From NCBI GenBank assembly GCA_965215565.1, contig CBDCDZ010000004.1:3712001-3776000 (forward strand): 64,000 nucleotides of DNA, written 5' to 3'. The DNA comes from Trueperaceae bacterium (GTDB lineage Bacteria > Deinococcota > Deinococci > Deinococcales > Trueperaceae). A program made the position numbers and the translations under genes. The notes beneath the pieces are model-generated. The model was not told where the DNA came from, made no database searches, and saw only the letters and a list, made by a program, of their open reading frames with translations. Of the stretch, positions 49,166 through 58,405 are shown one piece after another; position 1 is the first letter of the stretch; every line of letters starts with the position of its first letter.

Positions 49166-49492
49166 GTGAACGGCAACCTGCTCAAAGGCAACCTAGACCT
49201 CATCCTCTTGGCGATATTGGAGGACGAGCCCAAATACGGCTTAGAGATTATCGGCGAAGCTAGGGTCCGCACGGACGGCTACTTCGAATTCAAAGAGGGC
49301 AGCCTCTACCCGGCGCTGCACCGCCTCGCTAAAGCGAAGCTCGTCGCGGCGGAGTTCGCGCCCTCGGACGCAGGCGGGCCGCGCCGCCGCTACTACCGCT
49401 TGACGGACGCAGGTAGCAAGCGCTTGGCGGAGAAGCGCAAGGAGTGGGAGCGGTTTAACGGCGCGGTTCGGGCGCTTTGGGAGGGACGATGA
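49166..49492 (+). CDS. PadR-family transcriptional regulator
   Basis: LLKGNLDLILL, YGLEI, EGSLYPALHRL, RRRYYRLTDAG; likely GTG start after GGAGG. Confidence 0.93.
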   Translation: MNGNLLKGNLDLILLAILEDEPKYGLEIIGEARVRTDGYFEFKEGSLYPALHRLAKAKLVAAEFAPSDAGGPRRRYYRLTDAGSKRLAEKRKEWERFNGAVRALWEGR

Positions 49493-50706
49493 GCGAGGTC
49501 GAGCGGTATTTGCAGAGGGCGACATGGGGTCTTTGGGGACGCAAGCGCCAAGAGGTGCGCGAGGAGCTAGAGACGCATATTCAAGAGAGGATTGTAGCGC
49601 ACCGGATTGCAGGACTCAGCGAGAAAAACGCCGTGGAGCGCACGCTCAGTGAGATGGGTGAGCCGCGAGAGGTGAGTGAAGGGATGACGCGAATTTACAC
49701 CTTGCCCACGCTACTAGGTTCCGGCGTGTTCTTCGCGGCAGCTTGCGCAATTGTCGTTGTAACGTTCTCAGATGGTTCAGCGCAGTCTCTACCTCTAGAC
49801 TACCGCTGGCCTGCGGAGATTTGCCTCGAGGCGTCCGCCCAAAACCTGCCAGAAAAGTGTAAGGCAGACGAACCCTGGCTCAGCGTCGAAGAACTTAAAG
49901 AGAACCTCGGGCCACTCGGCGTGGGCGTCACAGAGCAAGGTGATGACACTATCCTCTCCTTCCCCAACGCGCAACCCGTACGCCTGCCGCCCCTCGACAT
50001 CAAGCCCGCAGATTACGGTTCAAGCGCGGGCACGGAGACGCTTAACACCTTTCTCCGAAGTGAGCAGTTGCGCGAAGGGTACTACCCCCTCTACGCAATT
50101 GTTTTCCAGATCGCGAGCCAGGCTGACGTACCTGTAAGGCTCGAGGGGTGGGAAAACCCAACGTTGCAGGTGGGCGACGCCGCTTTCCAGCTAGGGACCG
50201 AAGCGCAACCGCTCCAAGATATGTTCCTCTTTGGACTGCTTTTCATGCCCCTGATAGACCAGCCGTCCTTCCCCGAATTCATCGAATCCACCGGGCTTAC
50301 CTACACCGCTTGGGACGACGGGGACGGGTCTTCTAAATACAACCTCGAGAGCCAGCGTTTCGAGGTCGGCGCGGAAGAGGGCGAGAGGTACTTCGTGGCG
50401 GCTTTTTTGGAGCCGACGCCAGACGACGTGGCTCGGCTCGAGCGTGAGGTAGATAACACAACCCTTTGGTACGACATCGCTCGAGGAAACGCAGACGGCA
50501 CCGTCAACCTGCGCCTGCCCAATGAAGTCACCTTTGTAGAAAAGATAAGTGAGCAGCCAGAGGTGAATACGGCTGTGCTCATACGGCTTACGGATACGTT
50601 CGTGCCTTACCGCGTAGCGACGGAGCGCGAAGGTGGAGAGGTTGCGGGATTGGATTACGGAATTGTCTCGCCCACTCAGATTCGTGCAGTGGAGGAAGCG
50701 CAGTGA
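49489..50706 (+). CDS. Permease-prefix-domain (HAAS-like) single-pass membrane protein, paralogue 1
   Basis: VERYLQRATWGLWG...EVREELETHI...AVERTLSEMGEPREV, one TM, large ectodomain. Confidence 0.75.
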   Translation: MSEVERYLQRATWGLWGRKRQEVREELETHIQERIVAHRIAGLSEKNAVERTLSEMGEPREVSEGMTRIYTLPTLLGSGVFFAAACAIVVVTFSDGSAQSLPLDYRWPAEICLEASAQNLPEKCKADEPWLSVEELKENLGPLGVGVTEQGDDTILSFPNAQPVRLPPLDIKPADYGSSAGTETLNTFLRSEQLREGYYPLYAIVFQIASQADVPVRLEGWENPTLQVGDAAFQLGTEAQPLQDMFLFGLLFMPLIDQPSFPEFIESTGLTYTAWDDGDGSSKYNLESQRFEVGAEEGERYFVAAFLEPTPDDVARLEREVDNTTLWYDIARGNADGTVNLRLPNEVTFVEKISEQPEVNTAVLIRLTDTFVPYRVATEREGGEVAGLDYGIVSPTQIRAVEEAQ

Positions 50707-51932
50707 ACGACGTTGAGCAGTATCTAAAAAGGGCAACACGCGGACTTTGGGGGCGCAGGCGTAAAGAGGTCCGTGAGGAGTTAGAAGCGCACATTCAAGA
50801 GCGCGTCATGGCGTACCGAATCGCAGGATTAGATGAAGAAGATGCAACTGAGCGAACGCTTGGAGAACTTGGGCATCCGAGAGAGGTGAGTGCAGGCATG
50901 GCAAGAATTTACACCCTACCGACGCTTTTTGAAACGGGTCTTTTGGCTACGGCAGCTTGTGTTTTGGTGGCGTCGCTTAGCTCGAGCAGCCTAGCGCAGT
51001 CCGTAGAAGGTCTTTTCTACTATCCGACTGAAACGTGCGTCCAAGCTGTAGAGGAGGGGAAAATCAGCATCGGTTCGCTCGAGGAGTATCACTCTGACAC
51101 CTCAGACGCTTGCGTAATGATGTTTGACGGTTCGCTCTGGCTGAGTGTGGCGTCGCTCGAGAGGGCGTTGGAACCGCAGGGCGTTGACGTGTATAGAGAC
51201 AGGTTTCTTACCTTCGACTTTCCAGAAGCGGACAAGGTCTTTTTAGCTTCCAACGCAAGCGATATTCAGTACTTCGTTGAGGATGGACAGCTTCCTCTCG
51301 CGCAGTCCTCTTATATCTCGCTCTGGAATCTCCTCGAGGCGGCAACTCGATCAAGAAATATAGATGTCGGTGTGACAAGCTGGGATAATCCGACTGTGAA
51401 GTTCAACAATGCTTCCCTTCAAATCGGTACAGAGACGCAGCCTGTGAGAGGAGAGGATTTCTATAACACTTACCTGAGTTGGCTTCTGTCTGGTACTTTA
51501 GTCGATCCATTCATCAACATGGATTACATGTATTTGGTCAACATGTATGACGAGCAAAGCGCGAACGCCACCGAACATACGTCCCTTCACACCCTAGAAA
51601 TTGACTCTACGCAAACCCTGTCCGAAAGTAGCTCTCCAGGTGTTTATGGCGTAGTTGTCGTACTAGATTCGGCAGGACCTCTAATCCGCGATACGTACGC
51701 TGACCAGGTGGACGACGCTCCGGGCATGGCATTTCTAACGGACATAACTAGGGTTAATCAAGAGGGACAGCTAGACCTGCATCTTCCAACAGGCGAGGTT
51801 CAGTTTGTCGAGTCGTTGTCAACAAACCCGGAGCCCGGTACGGCGGTGTTGGTGCGTCTTACCGGAGGCTCGAACGAGTTTCAGAGGTGGTACGAGGTTG
51901 TCTTACCCGAGCAAATCCAAGAGGTGAACTAA
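50703..51932 (+). CDS. Permease-prefix-domain (HAAS-like) single-pass membrane protein, paralogue 2
   Basis: N-terminal ~75 aa nearly match paralogue 1; ectodomain divergent. Confidence 0.75.
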   Translation: MNDVEQYLKRATRGLWGRRRKEVREELEAHIQERVMAYRIAGLDEEDATERTLGELGHPREVSAGMARIYTLPTLFETGLLATAACVLVASLSSSSLAQSVEGLFYYPTETCVQAVEEGKISIGSLEEYHSDTSDACVMMFDGSLWLSVASLERALEPQGVDVYRDRFLTFDFPEADKVFLASNASDIQYFVEDGQLPLAQSSYISLWNLLEAATRSRNIDVGVTSWDNPTVKFNNASLQIGTETQPVRGEDFYNTYLSWLLSGTLVDPFINMDYMYLVNMYDEQSANATEHTSLHTLEIDSTQTLSESSSPGVYGVVVVLDSAGPLIRDTYADQVDDAPGMAFLTDITRVNQEGQLDLHLPTGEVQFVESLSTNPEPGTAVLVRLTGGSNEFQRWYEVVLPEQIQEVN

Positions 51933-51953
51933 GCCAAGCGCTATACTAAGCCT

Positions 51954-52262
51954 ATGTCAGCCCAAGACAGACTTACCCCGGCGCAGCAGAAAGCACTTAG
52001 AGAGTTCTGCGAAACGCACGGTGTGAAGCGGCTCGCCTTCTTCGGCTCTGTCATCACAGACCAGTTTCACGCCGAGAGCGACGTTGATGTGCTGCTCGAG
52101 TTTCGCCCTGGCTGCGTGCCCGGCTTCGCGTTCTTTGGTTTACAGGACGAACTGGAAACTATCTTAGGACGAAATGTGGACGTGACCACACCGGGCGGCT
52201 TGCATCCATTGATTCAAGAAGAGGTTATGCAAGGCGCTCAAACGTACTATGAATATTCCTGA
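51954..52262 (+). CDS. MNT minimal nucleotidyltransferase antitoxin (MntA-like)
   Basis: FFGSVITDQFHAESDVD (GSx10DxD), LGRNVD. Confidence 0.9.
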   Translation: MSAQDRLTPAQQKALREFCETHGVKRLAFFGSVITDQFHAESDVDVLLEFRPGCVPGFAFFGLQDELETILGRNVDVTTPGGLHPLIQEEVMQGAQTYYEYS

Positions 52263-52584
52263 AAGGGACGTTCTCTATTTGAATGACATGCTGAGCTACG
52301 CGCGTGAGGCGGTTAGCTTTACGACTGAGACGACGCTCGAAGCGCTAAGAAAGGATATGAAGACGAGGTTGGCGCTCGAGCGTGCTGTAGAAATTGTAGG
52401 AGAGGCGGCTAAAAGCGTCTCCGCAGAGACGAAAGGAACCCTGCCTCAAATACCCTGGCGAGATATGGCGCGAACTCGTGACTTCTTCGCCCACCAATAT
52501 TTCAAAATTGACGTAGAGATTTTGTGGCGTATTGCGAGGGAGAATCTACCGGAGCTTATTAGCGCTTTAGAAGAGGTCGTTTAA
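52249..52584 (+). CDS. HEPN/DUF86 ribonuclease toxin (HepT-like)
   Basis: EIVGEAA, IPW, RDFFAHQY (Rx4HxY); overlaps the MNT gene. Confidence 0.9.
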   Translation: MNIPERDVLYLNDMLSYAREAVSFTTETTLEALRKDMKTRLALERAVEIVGEAAKSVSAETKGTLPQIPWRDMARTRDFFAHQYFKIDVEILWRIARENLPELISALEEVV

Positions 52585-52648
52585 GCCTCGAGCTGCTTCC
52601 TAAAGAAGCTGGAAAGATTCTCGAAACAATCTAACAAATAACCACGCT

Positions 52649-54007
52649 TTAAAACCCCAAATACGGCGCGGGGTCGTACCACACCGCGCCTTCCCCTTGG
52701 GGCGTCCCCATGCGAAACTGCAAGGTGTCGGGCGGCGTCAGCGTGCCCCCGCCTAAGTAGCCGATAATCTGCCCCTGCTCGACTTGATCGCCTATGGCGA
52801 TGTTGTCAGGAAATTGCAGATTGGAGTAGGCGGTGATGAGTTCGGGACCGTTCAGGATAGCGACTAAGTAGCCGCTGTTCGCGGAGATACGCCGCACGCG
52901 CCAGACGGTGCCCCCTTTAACGGCGCGAACGGCTGTACCAGGCTGCTCGGCTTTCAAAAGAATCTGACTCGCGCCGCCCTCGCTGAAACCGCTCACGAGA
53001 CCGGGGTTGGCAAAGGGCAGCGTGAACTCGCTGTTACCGAGGTCCGTGGGCGTCTCCAACGTGCGAATCTGGTCTTCTAAGTCTTCCGCCTCCTGGCTAA
53101 ATTGTTGCCACTCGCGCACCGCTTCTTCGGCGGCTTGGCGCTGCTGCGCCTCGGCGTCCCTATTGATTTGGCGCTCACGCGCCGCGGCTTCGCGTTCCCT
53201 AGCGGCTGCCTCACGCCGACGCGCGAGTTCGGCGGCGCGTCGCAGTCTGGCGAGTTCTTCTTGCAAGGCGGCTTCGGCGTTGAGCAGGGTCTGTTCGATG
53301 TCGGCTTGCTCATTCAACAGGGTCTGCTGCTGCGCGAGTTGTCCCTGGCGCGTCTCCTCGAGCTGTGCAATAACACCTGCCAACGCCTCTCGCGTTCCTT
53401 GCAGCGCAGTTTGATTCTCAGCAAGTTGCGCCTCTCGCGCGTTCAGTTCTTCGATCTGCGTACTCAGCGTGAGTTGCGCGTCTTGCAGTTCGGCAACCGT
53501 GCGGTTCATCTCTTGAATGAGCAAGACATCTTGCTCGGTCAGTCTCGAGAGGTAGAAGCTCTTCACGCGCAGGTCGAAGATGGATTCGGACTCCGCCAAG
53601 AGGCGGGCGTAGCGTCCGCCGCGCTCTTTATGCAGGTTGACGAGCAGCGCTTGCAGGCGGGTCTCGAGCGTCGTCAAGCGTTCTTGTAAACCGCGGATGC
53701 GTTCCCTCGTCGCCTCTAAGTCCTGATTGAGCGCTGTGACGCGCTCCGTAAGCTCGGCGCGTTGCTCCTGCAACGCGCCTATTTCTGCGTTCAAGCGGTC
53801 ACGCTCAGCGAGTTGCGCGTCCAACTCTGCGCTCGTCTCCTGCAGCGCGGCGTCGATTTCCGCTTGCGCGGCTCTGCGTTCCTCCAAGAGCTGTTCGTAA
53901 CTTTGAATGTCCTGCTCGAGCTGGCGAGTCTCACTATTTTGCGGCTGCGATTCTTGCGCGTGTGCGAAACTAAAAGCAAGAACGATAAGAATCCAGGCGT
54001 ACCTCAT
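52649..54007 (-). CDS. EnvC-like murein hydrolase activator (coiled coil plus degenerate M23)
   Basis: Signal peptide MRYAWILIVLAFSFAHA at 54007; long coiled coil; M23-like end lacks Zn-ligand His residues (YSNL); follows ftsX. Confidence 0.85.
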   Translation of the reverse strand: MRYAWILIVLAFSFAHAQESQPQNSETRQLEQDIQSYEQLLEERRAAQAEIDAALQETSAELDAQLAERDRLNAEIGALQEQRAELTERVTALNQDLEATRERIRGLQERLTTLETRLQALLVNLHKERGGRYARLLAESESIFDLRVKSFYLSRLTEQDVLLIQEMNRTVAELQDAQLTLSTQIEELNAREAQLAENQTALQGTREALAGVIAQLEETRQGQLAQQQTLLNEQADIEQTLLNAEAALQEELARLRRAAELARRREAAAREREAAARERQINRDAEAQQRQAAEEAVREWQQFSQEAEDLEDQIRTLETPTDLGNSEFTLPFANPGLVSGFSEGGASQILLKAEQPGTAVRAVKGGTVWRVRRISANSGYLVAILNGPELITAYSNLQFPDNIAIGDQVEQGQIIGYLGGGTLTPPDTLQFRMGTPQGEGAVWYDPAPYLGF

Positions 54008-54094
54008 ACGGATTCCGCTTAATTCACTATCACCGAGAAAGTCGTTCGGTGATAGTCCATACGCTCCATCCGTATTTTTGTTCCTACTCGCAGG

Positions 54095-54173
54095 AGAGTC
54101 TTCAACAGGGCGTATCATGCCGTTATCGACACGCTGGCTCCATGACCAGATGCTACCTGCTGTTGAAGACTCT
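54095..54173. repeat. Hairpin containing a degenerate family A copy
   Basis: AGAGTCTTCAACAG...TGACCAGATGCTACCTGCTGTTGAAGACTCT. Confidence 0.55.
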
Positions 54174-54210
54174 TTCACTCGGATTGATAAAAAATCAATC
54201 GGAATTTGTA

Positions 54211-55116
54211 TCATACGTCCTCCTGTAAGTATTGCGAGACCGAAATAGCGCTGCCTGCGAGTCCGACGAGCAGCGACAGCGCGGCGAGGAGCACGGCGAC
54301 TTGTAAGAGGACTAAGGGGTCACGCTCGAGGGGGAAGAGGGGCAGATTCTCCGTCAAGAGGTCTGTCACGAAGCGGTAGCCCGGCAGCACCAGCGCGAGG
54401 GTGATGAGGGCGCTGATGAGCCCGAGCAAAAACCCTTCGATGAGGAAGGGCGCGCGGATAAAGCCGCGCGTCGCGCCGACCAAGCGCATCACCTCGATTT
54501 CGTCTTTGCGGGCGGTAATCGCGGCGCGAATCGAGTTGACGATGGCGAACAGCGCAGCGGAGAGCAGCACGACGATGAGAATCGAGCCCACCACGCGAAA
54601 GGCGTCGTTAATGGCTAAAAAGGTCTCGACTTCGTCGCTGATGGCGTCCACCTCGGCGACGCCCGGCAAAGCGCGTAGCCGCTCGGCGACGCCTTCGGTC
54701 TGCGTCGGGTCGAAGAGGCGCATCCGCAGCGTGAAAGGCAAGGGGTTTGCCACCGCGCCGCTCGCCTGGGCGATGTAGGGGCGCTCGCTCTCGAGCGACG
54801 CTAACGCCTCCTCCGGCGAGATGAGGTCCACATCCGCCACCTCTTGCCACACGCGCACCTCTTCCACCACGGCGGGTGGGTTGGCTCCCTCTTCCAGATA
54901 GGCGGCGAGTTCCAAGTCGCTCTGCAACTCCTGCAAGGTCAGGTTGAGGTTCAGGCTCAAGAGGCTAAAGCCCGCCAAAATCGTCAAGGAGAGCGTCATC
55001 GTCGTCAGCGTCGAGACGCTGGCAATCCAGTTGTTGCGCAGGGCGCGCAGGGCTTGTCGAAAGGCGTACATAATTAGCGCCGTCCCCAGGCGCAGCACTG
55101 TGGGGAGAGGGCCCAT
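54211..55116 (-). CDS. ftsX: Cell division permease FtsX (start at 55116 or 55071)
   Basis: NPLP loop, IVNSIRAAITARKDEIEVMRLVGATRGFIRAPFLIEG. Confidence 0.92.
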   Translation of the reverse strand: MGPLPTVLRLGTALIMYAFRQALRALRNNWIASVSTLTTMTLSLTILAGFSLLSLNLNLTLQELQSDLELAAYLEEGANPPAVVEEVRVWQEVADVDLISPEEALASLESERPYIAQASGAVANPLPFTLRMRLFDPTQTEGVAERLRALPGVAEVDAISDEVETFLAINDAFRVVGSILIVVLLSAALFAIVNSIRAAITARKDEIEVMRLVGATRGFIRAPFLIEGFLLGLISALITLALVLPGYRFVTDLLTENLPLFPLERDPLVLLQVAVLLAALSLLVGLAGSAISVSQYLQEDV

Positions 55117-55412
55117 GTTCTAAACTTTATCTGTCGTTTCTGCTTCACTGAAACGAGTGTATCAAATCGACGAGATGAATTCGCTGAGCTGGCGAAACGT
55201 TCTCCTTAACTGTTGAGTTGGGGACGTGCCTGCTAGGGACTCTATAGCGGTGAGCATAGACCGGTTGAGCATACGAGTAAGTTTAAGTGCAAGGAGCGGA
55301 TAGCCTCTTCTCAACCTCTTGTCTGAGCTGTAAGTCAGGAGGCGAAAAGGATGAATATAACGGTGTTAGGCTACCCTCTATTAGCAGCTCTAAGACATAC
55401 CGAGGCGAAGTG

Positions 55413-55514
55413 TAGCAGGTATCATCATCGAATGTGTGTGCTGCGCGATGTTCTCAAAAGTGTTAGTGTTGCTTCGCATAACTTCGTTCACTCTGACCAG
55501 ATAATACCTGCTGT
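55413..55514 (-). repeat. Family A copy abutting the next start codon
   Basis: TAGCAGGTATCATC...GTGTGTGCT...CTGACCAGATAATACCTGCTG. Confidence 0.8.
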
Positions 55515-56420
55515 ATGAACCTCAAAGTGACCCTCTTCTTACTTCTTCTCGCGGTCTTTTGGGGCTCGGCGTTTCCGCTTATCAAGATAGGGCTCGAGGA
55601 CTTCTCCCCAGGTCACTTGACGCTGATACGCTTCATCGTCGCGTCAGCGTGCTTCATGCCGTACCTCTACTTGACGAACAGCACCCTCTTTCCCAAACTG
55701 CGCGATATTCCCTACTTCTTCTTACTCGGGCTTTTGGGCATCACGATTTATCACACCGCGCTCAACTTCGGCGAGCTTTACGTGACGGCGGGGGCGGCGA
55801 GCCTGATTATCGCGACAGCTCCGGCGATCAGCGCGGTTCTGGCGTACTTCATGCTCTCAGACCGCTTGCCGCTCCTGGGCTGGGTAGGCACGCTCATCTC
55901 ATTTTTCGGCGTGCTCCTCATTGTCATGGGCGAGGACGAGGGGTTGAGCTTCAATCCTTACGCGCTGCTGATTCTGCTCTCCGCTATCGTGACGGCGTTT
56001 TTCGTCGTCTTGCAAAAGCCGATGCTAGGGCGCTACAAGTCTGCCGAGGTCTCCGCGTTCGCAACTTGGGCGGGGACGGTGCCGCTCTTCGTCTTCGCGC
56101 CTGGGTTTGTAGGCGAGGTCAGCGCGGCGAGCACCGCGCCGCTCTTAGCGGCTATCTACATCGGCGTCTTTCCCGCCGCTATCTCTTACGCAATTTTTTC
56201 CTACGCGCTCTCCAAAGCGCCCGTTACGGTGGTGACGGCGTTTCTCTATACTGTGCCCGTTTTCAGCATCTTCTTCTCCTGGCTGCTTATTGGCGAAGTC
56301 CCGACCTATCTCACACTCGTCGGGGGCGTCGTGGCAATTTTGGGCATCGTGCTGGTGAACTGGGCGAAGCGGCGGGTACGTGTAAGGGCGCGTAAGGCTT
56401 CGCCGTCGGTTGCGAGGTGA
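55515..56420 (+). CDS. DMT/EamA-family transporter
   Basis: FWGSAFPLIK...RF; two EamA repeats; about 10 TMs. Confidence 0.92.
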   Translation: MNLKVTLFLLLLAVFWGSAFPLIKIGLEDFSPGHLTLIRFIVASACFMPYLYLTNSTLFPKLRDIPYFFLLGLLGITIYHTALNFGELYVTAGAASLIIATAPAISAVLAYFMLSDRLPLLGWVGTLISFFGVLLIVMGEDEGLSFNPYALLILLSAIVTAFFVVLQKPMLGRYKSAEVSAFATWAGTVPLFVFAPGFVGEVSAASTAPLLAAIYIGVFPAAISYAIFSYALSKAPVTVVTAFLYTVPVFSIFFSWLLIGEVPTYLTLVGGVVAILGIVLVNWAKRRVRVRARKASPSVAR

Positions 56421-56438
56421 TGGAGTACTTGCGTTCGT

Positions 56439-56616
56439 AGCAATGAGTTGAAAGCACAGGTCAGAGCGAAGCTCAAGCAGGTTAGAGCAAAGCTCAGTAG
56501 GTTCTTACAGGTGAGCACAAAGTGCAACGGCTTTCAGCCTTAGCCTGTGCACTATGTGCTTCACCTAATGAGCAATGAGTGAAAACCTTTAGACTCATTG
56601 CTTGGTACTCATTGCT
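56439..56616. repeat. Family D nested inverted repeat (AGCAATGAGT units)
   Basis: 48-bp block at 56569-56616 matches 60045-60092 at 47/48 positions. Confidence 0.8.
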
Positions 56617-56633
56617 AAGATTTGTACTCGTTG

Positions 56634-57368
56634 TTAAAACAGCGAATATGCCACCGGGCGCGGCGTCCACAGGGGCTCAGCGTACTTCACCCCGATGAAG
56701 GTGCCCCAGTACGCCGCTCGTCCGCGCCTGCGCATGTACACGTCCGGCGTGACTGTCTCCGAGGCGGCTTCGCCCGTGAATTGGCTTCCGTAGCAACGCA
56801 CCGCCTCTTCCCAGGTGTCTATATAGTCGCTCGTATCCACCACGAGCGTCGCCTCGAAGGGACCGTTGCCCATGTAGAAAAAGAGGTTTTTGGGCTTGTA
56901 AGGCTCGCCGGAAAGAGGGCTGTTTTTGAGACCCGCTAAGTGAACGGCGGCGGGGACGATGTGCGCCGCCGCGACGTGGTCGGGGTGGCGGTCGTTGGCG
57001 TGTGGGGCGATGACGACGTTCGGGCGCAGTTCGCGCAGGACGCGCCCGAGCTGCAAGCGGCGGTCTTCGCTGTCCATGATGCGCGAGTCAGGCCAGCCTA
57101 AGTTTTGACGCACGTCTAAGTTGAGGACCTTTGACGCCGCCTCGACCTCTTCGGCGCGAATCTCCGGCGTGCCTTTGGTGGCGGCTTCACCCCTCGTCAA
57201 ATCGACGATGCCCGTGCTGCGCCCTTCGGCTTTAGCGCGCGCTAAGCTGCCGCCCACACCGAGTTCGGCGTCGTCGGGGTGAGGGCTCACGACCAAGAGG
57301 TCGAGCCCGGAGGCTCGGCTAGGCACGGCTCGAGGACTTCTCTGCGTTCTTCGTCGCTGTTTTCTCAC
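56634..57368 (-). CDS. bshB1: Bacillithiol biosynthesis deacetylase (PIG-L/LmbE family); exact start uncertain
   Basis: SPHPDDAELGVGG, DLTRGE, DRHPDH, YGSQF, GVKYAEP. Confidence 0.85.
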   Translation of the reverse strand: MRKQRRRTQRSPRAVPSRASGLDLLVVSPHPDDAELGVGGSLARAKAEGRSTGIVDLTRGEAATKGTPEIRAEEVEAASKVLNLDVRQNLGWPDSRIMDSEDRRLQLGRVLRELRPNVVIAPHANDRHPDHVAAAHIVPAAVHLAGLKNSPLSGEPYKPKNLFFYMGNGPFEATLVVDTSDYIDTWEEAVRCYGSQFTGEAASETVTPDVYMRRRGRAAYWGTFIGVKYAEPLWTPRPVAYSLF

Positions 57369-57957
57369 CGATGCGCCGCTCGTTGCCGTTCGCCAAACGG
57401 ATGATGTTCTCCTTGTGCCGAATCACCGCGAGGGCGGCGAGCGAGGCGAGCAAACAGAGCTGCGGCAGCGTGAACGTCGGCGTCATCACTAAGAAGAGGG
57501 GCGCGGCGACGAGACCCACCACCGAGCCAAGCGAGACGTAACGCCCGATGACCATCGTAAAGAGCCCGACTGCGGCGGCTGCGAGCGCGGCGGCGGGCGC
57601 AATCGCGATGCCGACGCCCAAGCTCGTGGCGATGCCTTTGCCGCCTCTCAGACCCAAGAAGACGTTGAAGTTATTTCCCAAAACCGCCGCGAGCCCCGCT
57701 AAAACGAGCCCCCATTCGCTCAAGCTGAAGAGGTTGGCGATCAAGACCGCGAGCATCCCTTTTAAGGGGTCCGCAACGAGGACGATGAGCGCCGGAACCG
57801 TGCCCACCGCGCGCAATACGTTCGTCGCGCCGATGTTGCCCGAGCCCGTCTTTTGAATGTCGACGCCGTGAGCGCGCGCCACCCAGTAGCCTGTCGGGAA
57901 GCTGCCGATGAGGTAGCCCACCACCAAACAGAGAGCAAAACTTAATGCGTCAATCAC
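57319..57957 (-). CDS. plsY: Glycerol-3-phosphate acyltransferase
   Basis: YLIGS, GSGNIGATNVLR, GGKGIATSLG, RYVSLGS, RHKENIIRL. Confidence 0.95.
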   Translation of the reverse strand: MIDALSFALCLVVGYLIGSFPTGYWVARAHGVDIQKTGSGNIGATNVLRAVGTVPALIVLVADPLKGMLAVLIANLFSLSEWGLVLAGLAAVLGNNFNVFLGLRGGKGIATSLGVGIAIAPAAALAAAAVGLFTMVIGRYVSLGSVVGLVAAPLFLVMTPTFTLPQLCLLASLAALAVIRHKENIIRLANGNERRIGEKTATKNAEKSSSRA

Positions 57958-58253
57958 CAGGACCTCCTCTTGAGCTTAACGTATCCTTTATGGTGCACCG
58001 CTACCACCCCCAACACTATGTACCGACATGCTCTACTCGTCAACGCAACCTCAAAGCTCAATTATACGCACTGCGAAGTTCATCAGCCTATCACGTTGGG
58101 ACGATGCACGTTGGAATACTTCCGCAGCCTATACACAAGTTTCGCTAAACCGTTTTCTCACGACGGGTCTGGACGAGTGCGGAAGTGAGGTGGCATCATG
58201 GAATCACGCCCTAAGCTACCTTCAGCAGTTCCACGACACATTGAGAAAGTTGA

Positions 58254-58333
58254 GCGCAGGTATCATCCCTTAAAGTGCGTGCTAAACATCGTTTTATAAA
58301 GTGAGTGTGTTTCTGACCAGATGATACCTGCTA
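58254..58333 (-). repeat. Family A copy (reverse)
   Basis: GCGCAGGTATCATCCCTTAAAGTGCGTGCT...CTGACCAGATGATACCTGCTA. Confidence 0.85.
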
Positions 58334-58405
58334 CTTGTAGCGCTTCTAAAACCTGTGTAAAACTAGGCGTCACCTCTTATCCGCTCGACAAGGTAGGCTA
58401 AACCC

